Source: a virus
Taxonomy: Duplodnaviria > Caudoviricetes
DNA length: 64,000 nucleotides
Strand: one strand, 5' to 3'
Virus record (IMG/VR): IMGVR_UViG_3300021431_000122
Coordinates: 4,380 to 68,379 of that record
In this document: positions 58,384 through 64,000 of the stretch, one piece after another
Layout of the letters: every line of letters starts with the position of its first letter
Numbering within the stretch: the first letter of the stretch is position 1
The notes under the pieces: model-generated
Seen by the model: the letters and a program-made list of their open reading frames with translations, nothing else
The model's database searches: none
Told to the model about the DNA's origin: nothing
Made by a program: the position numbers and the translations under genes

Positions 58384-60569
58384 TGAGTAAAGTATATATA
58401 GACGACAGCGTCTTTACGAATATTGCGGATGCGATCAGAGATCGGAACGGCGAAACCGCAACATACAAACCTCGTGAGATGGATGATGCAATCAAAGATT
58501 TACATAATGTAAGAGTTAAGAAATGGGAAAGACCTTCTGATTGGCCAGACTATTCCAAAGTGGATTTAACTAATCAGGAGGTTATTTATTTGACATATGA
58601 CTGCACTGACATATATGATCCGAAACCAATTTCCATTAGGGTGTACGGTGCGTATAGCGTGGTGAGAGGCCAGATAAATAATGGTATATTCACTGCATCA
58701 AGTGATGTAACTAATGTGGCTAGTGGCGGCATATTCCGAGAGATGTTACCTACTGATGAGGGTGACTATGTGGTGTATAAGATCACGCCGCAAGAAGATG
58801 CGGTGATTACTAGATTTGCTTTTGCTAGATGGGACAATTTGGAAGCAAGTGGAGGTTATTATCCGTCATGGATACAACCTTGTGTAGAAAGATATTGCAG
58901 GATTCCTAGTTGGATTGGAACTGCGAACAGAACTAGCGAACAATATACTTGGACTACAAGATATTTAATTGCAGATACTGTAATGGACGGTGCGCCAAGC
59001 GGGACTCTACAAAATATGTATAATGATGGTGGAAACATACTTGAAAAAGTAGATATGTCTACTTGTAGTTTTGCAAACGTAACAAGTCTTCAACAATCGT
59101 TTATAAATCAACATGCTTTAAGTGAAATATATCTTCCACATGATTTAAGTAATAAATGTACTGTTCTTTATCAAACATTTTACAATAATTATTCTTTAAT
59201 TAATCTTGATTTAACCGATTGGGATACTAGTGGAGTAACAAGATTTGATGGAATGTTTATGGGGTGTAGAAAACTTATTGAAATAAACGGAATTGAAAAT
59301 TTTAATGTTTCTGCCTCAACAACATTTAATAGTATGTTTAGCGGATGTTGGGCATTGCAAGACTTAGATGTTTCCAAATGGATTATAACAAGTGTTTGTA
59401 CTAATCTATTGAATATGTTTTATGGGTGTAGAAGTATAAGAAAGTTAAATGTTAATAATTTTGATACATCAAATGTTATTCAATTTAGTGGTTGTTTTTA
59501 TGAAAATGAATTACTTACTGAATTAGATTTAACAAATTGGACAGTTTCTAATAAGGCAACTACGCTTGATGGCATGTTTCAGTATTGTAAAATGTTAAAA
59601 ACAATAAGTAGAAAATCATGGGACACTTCAAATGTAACCTCTTTTGATTCTATGTTTAGGGAATGTAAAAAGTTAGAAGAAATAGATATATCTGATTTTG
59701 ATTTTTCTAAAACAACTACTATTAGATATTTATTTATGAATGATCATTCTCTTAGAAAAATAAAGGCAAATATTAATATCCCGCTGATTACCAATAGAAC
59801 AAACGTAACAGATTGTGTCGAACAATGTTGGAATCTTAAAGATATATCAGAATTAATTTTTACTAATACTACATACATGCCAGATTTTTCATATAACTAT
59901 GTTTTACAAGAATTGACTGTTCCTTCTTCTGTAATTAATATATATGATGCCACATTACGAAATATGCCACAATTACGATTGTTAGATTTCAGAAATCACA
60001 CTTCAGTTCCTACACTTGGTAGATATACTGATATTACAAATGGTATGAATAATTTTGTAAAGATTGTCGTACCAGATAATCTTTATGACACATGGATTGC
60101 CGCAACAAACTGGAGCAATGCTTTATTAAAATATAATATTATAAAACAAAGTGACTATGATTATTATTTAAATTCTAGTTCAACTTTTATAAACATAGAT
60201 TTAAGTCAATATACTTGGTCGAAATGTTCTGGGGCTAATTTAAGTGCACCAAATGGAGCATCTTATGCGAATACGATTACAATAACTACAGGTGTTGGAA
60301 CAATGATTGCCACAACCGCACCAATAACTATTCCAACAAATAAAACTGTTTATATTAATATTAATGAAGGTTATCAATATAAATTATTTTATTATGATTC
60401 AAACGAGAAACATATAGTATCAACTAATAAAGATAATTTTAAGAAATGGTTCTTTGTTAGCGATTCTGCCATTGGTTCAATTGGATTAGTTATTAGTAAA
60501 ATAGATAATTCAAATTTTGATCCCGCAGATTGGGCGGACAGCGGAATTACTGTATCTTATGCATCTTAA
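58383..60569 (+). CDS. BspA-like (DUF285-type) leucine-rich repeat protein
   Basis: Repeats of the type WDTSGVTRFDGMF.GC..L; LRR cap IVVPD.LY..W..ATNWS. Confidence 0.82.
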   Translation: MSKVYIDDSVFTNIADAIRDRNGETATYKPREMDDAIKDLHNVRVKKWERPSDWPDYSKVDLTNQEVIYLTYDCTDIYDPKPISIRVYGAYSVVRGQINNGIFTASSDVTNVASGGIFREMLPTDEGDYVVYKITPQEDAVITRFAFARWDNLEASGGYYPSWIQPCVERYCRIPSWIGTANRTSEQYTWTTRYLIADTVMDGAPSGTLQNMYNDGGNILEKVDMSTCSFANVTSLQQSFINQHALSEIYLPHDLSNKCTVLYQTFYNNYSLINLDLTDWDTSGVTRFDGMFMGCRKLIEINGIENFNVSASTTFNSMFSGCWALQDLDVSKWIITSVCTNLLNMFYGCRSIRKLNVNNFDTSNVIQFSGCFYENELLTELDLTNWTVSNKATTLDGMFQYCKMLKTISRKSWDTSNVTSFDSMFRECKKLEEIDISDFDFSKTTTIRYLFMNDHSLRKIKANINIPLITNRTNVTDCVEQCWNLKDISELIFTNTTYMPDFSYNYVLQELTVPSSVINIYDATLRNMPQLRLLDFRNHTSVPTLGRYTDITNGMNNFVKIVVPDNLYDTWIAATNWSNALLKYNIIKQSDYDYYLNSSSTFINIDLSQYTWSKCSGANLSAPNGASYANTITITTGVGTMIATTAPITIPTNKTVYININEGYQYKLFYYDSNEKHIVSTNKDNFKKWFFVSDSAIGSIGLVISKIDNSNFDPADWADSGITVSYAS

Positions 60570-60584
60570 TGAAAGGAGGGTCTT

Positions 60585-61991
60585 ATGGCAGACGAAAAAG
60601 TAATTGTAACAAAAACAAAACTTGATGGCCTTGCAGTTAGTATATCTGAGAAGTCTGGCGCAAGCCTTCCTTTGACGATCGCTCAGATGAAGGCGGCGGT
60701 TGATGGAATATCAAGTAGTGTAATTATAAAAGAAGAATCCAATGCTACTGGTACTACAGGAAAAATTACTGGCGGTGGTACATTATTAGGAAGTAAAACT
60801 GCTAGTATGACAGGTACATATGATCCAAGTGATGATGGATTGGATGGCTATTCAGAAATACATGTTAACGTTCCAAAAGAATCTGATGAAGTGTGCTTTT
60901 GGGATTATGAAGGAACTTTATTATATTCATGCTCTATGGCAGAAGCAAAAAGAATGTCAGCAATGCCAGAATTCCCAGATCATAGTAATGATATTGTTCC
61001 ATTAACTCCATTGTGTTGGAACTGGACATTAGATCAATTACATTCTATTGAATATCCTGCTGATATTGGAGCTATTTATTATCCTACTGATGGTAAGACG
61101 CATTTCTTTATAGAGTTGGATGAAAAAACTGGATTAGAATTTACTGTTAGACAATACTATGCTTCAACAATTGATTGGGGCGATGGCAATGAAGAGACGA
61201 CAACGGGTGGAGGTGCATCTACTCATACATATAGCACATATGGAAAATACCATTTAAAAGTAAGTAGTACATTATGTACTTCTGGAACTGGAGCTAATGA
61301 TATATTTGTTCCTAAAGAGGCTGTGGTAGATACAATATATTTTGGAAAAGATATTAGTCCTAGTTGGTTAGCAATATGGAACGCTAATTTATTTAGAGAT
61401 ACTAGAATTGAATATGCAGTAATTCCTTATGGGCCAACTCCGCCAACAGGAACAGCTTTTTTGTCTAACGTAAAATTTCTTAAACATATAAATTTAAATT
61501 ATTTTGATAATGGACAAGAATTTTTATCGAATGCTTATGTTTTAAGACATATATCTTTACCATATACTAAGGACACTTTAAGACTTGATGGAACTTATGT
61601 TATCACATCTCCTGCTTTAACTAGGTTAAGATTACAAGGAAATGTGTCTGGCGGTAGAGGGACATTTACTAATTGTTTTTCATTGGAAGAAATTGGCGGT
61701 AGCGGATATCTTTCAAATACTGGTGCATTAGCAAGTTATGATAATCTATATGCTCTTAAAAAATTCACAATACACTCAGATTGCACGGCGGTAAATGGAG
61801 ATAAATTTTTAAATAATGCTTATTCTTTAGAAGATTTATATGTATATCCTGAAACTCCACCAACATTACAATATGCGTCAATTCATGCACATTCTTTTTT
61901 AAGAATACATGTACCCGCATCTAGTTTAACAGCATATAAAGAAGCGACCAATTGGTCTACTTATGCTGACTATATGATCGGAGACTTATAA
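60585..61991 (+). CDS. PKD-like plus degenerate LRR adhesin
   Basis: IDWGDG...HTYSTYGKY; PPTL...IHVPASSLTAYKEATNWS. Confidence 0.72.
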   Translation: MADEKVIVTKTKLDGLAVSISEKSGASLPLTIAQMKAAVDGISSSVIIKEESNATGTTGKITGGGTLLGSKTASMTGTYDPSDDGLDGYSEIHVNVPKESDEVCFWDYEGTLLYSCSMAEAKRMSAMPEFPDHSNDIVPLTPLCWNWTLDQLHSIEYPADIGAIYYPTDGKTHFFIELDEKTGLEFTVRQYYASTIDWGDGNEETTTGGGASTHTYSTYGKYHLKVSSTLCTSGTGANDIFVPKEAVVDTIYFGKDISPSWLAIWNANLFRDTRIEYAVIPYGPTPPTGTAFLSNVKFLKHINLNYFDNGQEFLSNAYVLRHISLPYTKDTLRLDGTYVITSPALTRLRLQGNVSGGRGTFTNCFSLEEIGGSGYLSNTGALASYDNLYALKKFTIHSDCTAVNGDKFLNNAYSLEDLYVYPETPPTLQYASIHAHSFLRIHVPASSLTAYKEATNWSTYADYMIGDL

Positions 61992-62005
61992 GAAGGAGGA
62001 ATATT

Positions 62006-63601
62006 ATGAGTACGATATACAATAAAATAACAGTAAATGGAAAGACGCTCATGGATATATCCTCTGACACTGTTGATGCGGAACATCTTATGCAAGGATA
62101 TACGGCGCATGACGCAAGTGGAAATAAAATAGTTGGAACGGCAAGCGGCAGTGGTGCAGCTACAGAAGAATGGGTCGTGATTGTTTCTGATAACTTGCAT
62201 GATACATCAGAGGATGTCGCTAATACTTATATTAATGGCAGCACAGAAACTTCATATAATAATTGGACATCTACTGGATATATACCAGTTAAACCAAATA
62301 CATGGTATGTTGTAAAAAACAGTTCTGGAAATAGTTACAATGCTTTTTATAAATCTGATAAAACAGCGGAAAAAGCATCGTTAGTAATTCCACGCTCTAC
62401 GGGAACTGATAACTATAGTTTTATTAAAACAACAGCTAATACAGCATATATTAGAATGTCTGGGGTAACTGCGGATGTTTCAAAATATGAGATATATGAA
62501 ACAGCTAACCAGTTTCCAACTGGCAATGTTAATATAACAACTAATGGAACTGTAAATGTATCACAGTATGAGACAGCAACTGTTAATATTCCATCAGGCT
62601 CTCCTACTCTCCAATCCAAAACCGCAACTCCATCCGAAACAGCACAGACCATCACAGCCGACTCTGGTTATGATGGTCTGTCTAGTGTTGCGGTTGAAGC
62701 GATTAGTAGTACGTATGTTGGTAGTGAAGTACCGAGAAAAACTTCTGCGGATTTAACAGAAGAAGAAGTAACTTCAGAAAATGGCGGGTTATCAATTACA
62801 GCGCCAGCGGGTTATTATGCTAATAATGTGACCAAGTTAGTGTCATATGCGGATGTTCCCACTTTACATGGGATTTCTTATGATCGTGGGAATATTTTTA
62901 TTTCATTAGATTTTGCTAAATCTGGATATATCCCAACGAGGGAAGACTTTCCTTTGACTAGCGTTTTTATATCCAATATTTCAAATTTTCCAATAAAGAG
63001 CGATAGTGATATAACCGTATCTGACAATGAGGTTACAATTCCATATGGCTATTATGAGACTGGAATAACTAAATCAGTGGCAACTGCTACCCATGCTAAT
63101 CCAACTGCTTCTGTCAACTCTACTACTGGTCTTGTGACAGCAAGTCATACTCAGTCAGCAGGATATGTAAGCGCAGGAACAACAACTGGCACGCTTCAGC
63201 TTTCAACACAGGCGGCGGCGACAATTACTCCATCAACATCTGAGCAAACGGCAGTAGCGGCAGGAAAATATACTACTGGTGCTGTTAAAGTTGCGGCGAT
63301 GCCTAGTGGTTCAGCGGGAACGCCATCCGCAAGCAAAGGAACTGTAAGCAATCACTCAATCACAGTGACACCGAGCGTGACTAATACCACTGGTTATATC
63401 AGCGGTGGAACGAAGTATGGTACGGGTGTAACAGTGACTGCAAGTGAGTTAGTGAGCGGCAGTCAGACAATTACCGCAAATGGAAACGTGGATGTTACCA
63501 ATCTTGCCAGTGTGAATGTGGCGTTAACATATTCCACTATTACGATTTCGGAAAATTCACCTTCGGGCGGCAATGATGGTGACATCTGGATTAAACAGTG
63601 A
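62006..63601 (+). CDS. T/S-rich fibre protein
   Basis: LMDISSDTV..G.TAHD..G; LQSKTATPS..Q...DSGYDGLSSV; ends PSGGNDGDIWIKQ. Confidence 0.65.
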   Translation: MSTIYNKITVNGKTLMDISSDTVDAEHLMQGYTAHDASGNKIVGTASGSGAATEEWVVIVSDNLHDTSEDVANTYINGSTETSYNNWTSTGYIPVKPNTWYVVKNSSGNSYNAFYKSDKTAEKASLVIPRSTGTDNYSFIKTTANTAYIRMSGVTADVSKYEIYETANQFPTGNVNITTNGTVNVSQYETATVNIPSGSPTLQSKTATPSETAQTITADSGYDGLSSVAVEAISSTYVGSEVPRKTSADLTEEEVTSENGGLSITAPAGYYANNVTKLVSYADVPTLHGISYDRGNIFISLDFAKSGYIPTREDFPLTSVFISNISNFPIKSDSDITVSDNEVTIPYGYYETGITKSVATATHANPTASVNSTTGLVTASHTQSAGYVSAGTTTGTLQLSTQAAATITPSTSEQTAVAAGKYTTGAVKVAAMPSGSAGTPSASKGTVSNHSITVTPSVTNTTGYISGGTKYGTGVTVTASELVSGSQTITANGNVDVTNLASVNVALTYSTITISENSPSGGNDGDIWIKQ

Positions 63602-63614
63602 GGAGTGTGATTAA

Positions 63615-64000
63615 ATGGCAAGACAAGTAAACGTAAGTGATAGCTTAACATTTCATCCTTCCTCACTGGATACAACACATTCGAGATACGCATCCGTGAG
63701 TAGCTCGTATCCTATTGACAACGGCTACACGGATGCAACAAGTAGTAGCTATGCCCAGTTCGTACTTACAACTGGGTCTGGTGCTGCTACTTATGTTTAT
63801 TACAATTTTGATACTAGCGCAATCCCAGAAGGTGCTACCATTGATTCTGTTGCATGTCAGGCAAAGGGTTATGTCAGCACAACTAGTTCAAGATATATCA
63901 GCACTCGTCAGATGCAGATGTGTACTGGAACAACAACAAAAGGATCTGCGACAAACCTTACACAGTCGGCAAGCACAGTAACATTATCAGTTGGCTCAGA
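63615..64000 (+). CDS. S/T-rich virion protein, 3'-truncated by the window
   Basis: RBS aggag; MARQVNVSDSLTFHPS...FDTSAIPEGATIDSV; frame open to the window end. Confidence 0.7.
   Translation, partial: MARQVNVSDSLTFHPSSLDTTHSRYASVSSSYPIDNGYTDATSSSYAQFVLTTGSGAATYVYYNFDTSAIPEGATIDSVACQAKGYVSTTSSRYISTRQMQMCTGTTTKGSATNLTQSASTVTLSVGS

Larger units (their letters stand above)
1..64000 (+). mobile_element. Large SPbeta-like tailed phage/prophage segment (late RNAP, head, tail, adhesin modules)
   Basis: Co-oriented RNAP-HU-phosphoesterase-terminase-portal-protease-capsid-tail-TMP-Dit-Tal order resembles SPbeta yonO to yomG. No host housekeeping genes, integrase or lysis genes are seen in the window. 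Confidence 0.93.

Noticed and set aside
45306-64000. Diversity-generating retroelement target or invertible shufflon in the adhesin array
   Set aside because: No reverse transcriptase, invertase, adenine-mutated repeat pair or inverted cassettes were seen by eye. A partner could lie outside the window.

Overview
This window is 64 kb of a large tailed phage (or prophage) genome with SPbeta-like gene order. All credible genes are on the + strand and read in standard code 11; the host is probably a Firmicute (inference). Order: 3' part of a YonO-like single-subunit RNA polymerase; Zn-ribbon protein; HU; a six-gene cassette of unknown function; a stand-alone ClpP; a ~610-nt highly structured ncRNA (ROOL-like); a metallophosphoesterase; the packaging and head module; neck and tail genes; a giant tape measure protein (TMP); Dit and Tal; and a ~19-kb array of fibre/adhesin genes running off the window end. 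Four essential virion genes (TerL, a neck protein, major tail protein, TMP) are each split by a group I intron; only the TerL intron carries a GIY-YIG endonuclease. The ORF track shows these genes as fragments, and splice sites were assigned by hand. Three aberrant tRNA-like elements sit at module junctions. The spliced TMP (4874 aa) has a ~2280-aa N-terminal extension containing two JAB/MPN-like motifs. Family assignments come from motif recognition only; no searches were run.
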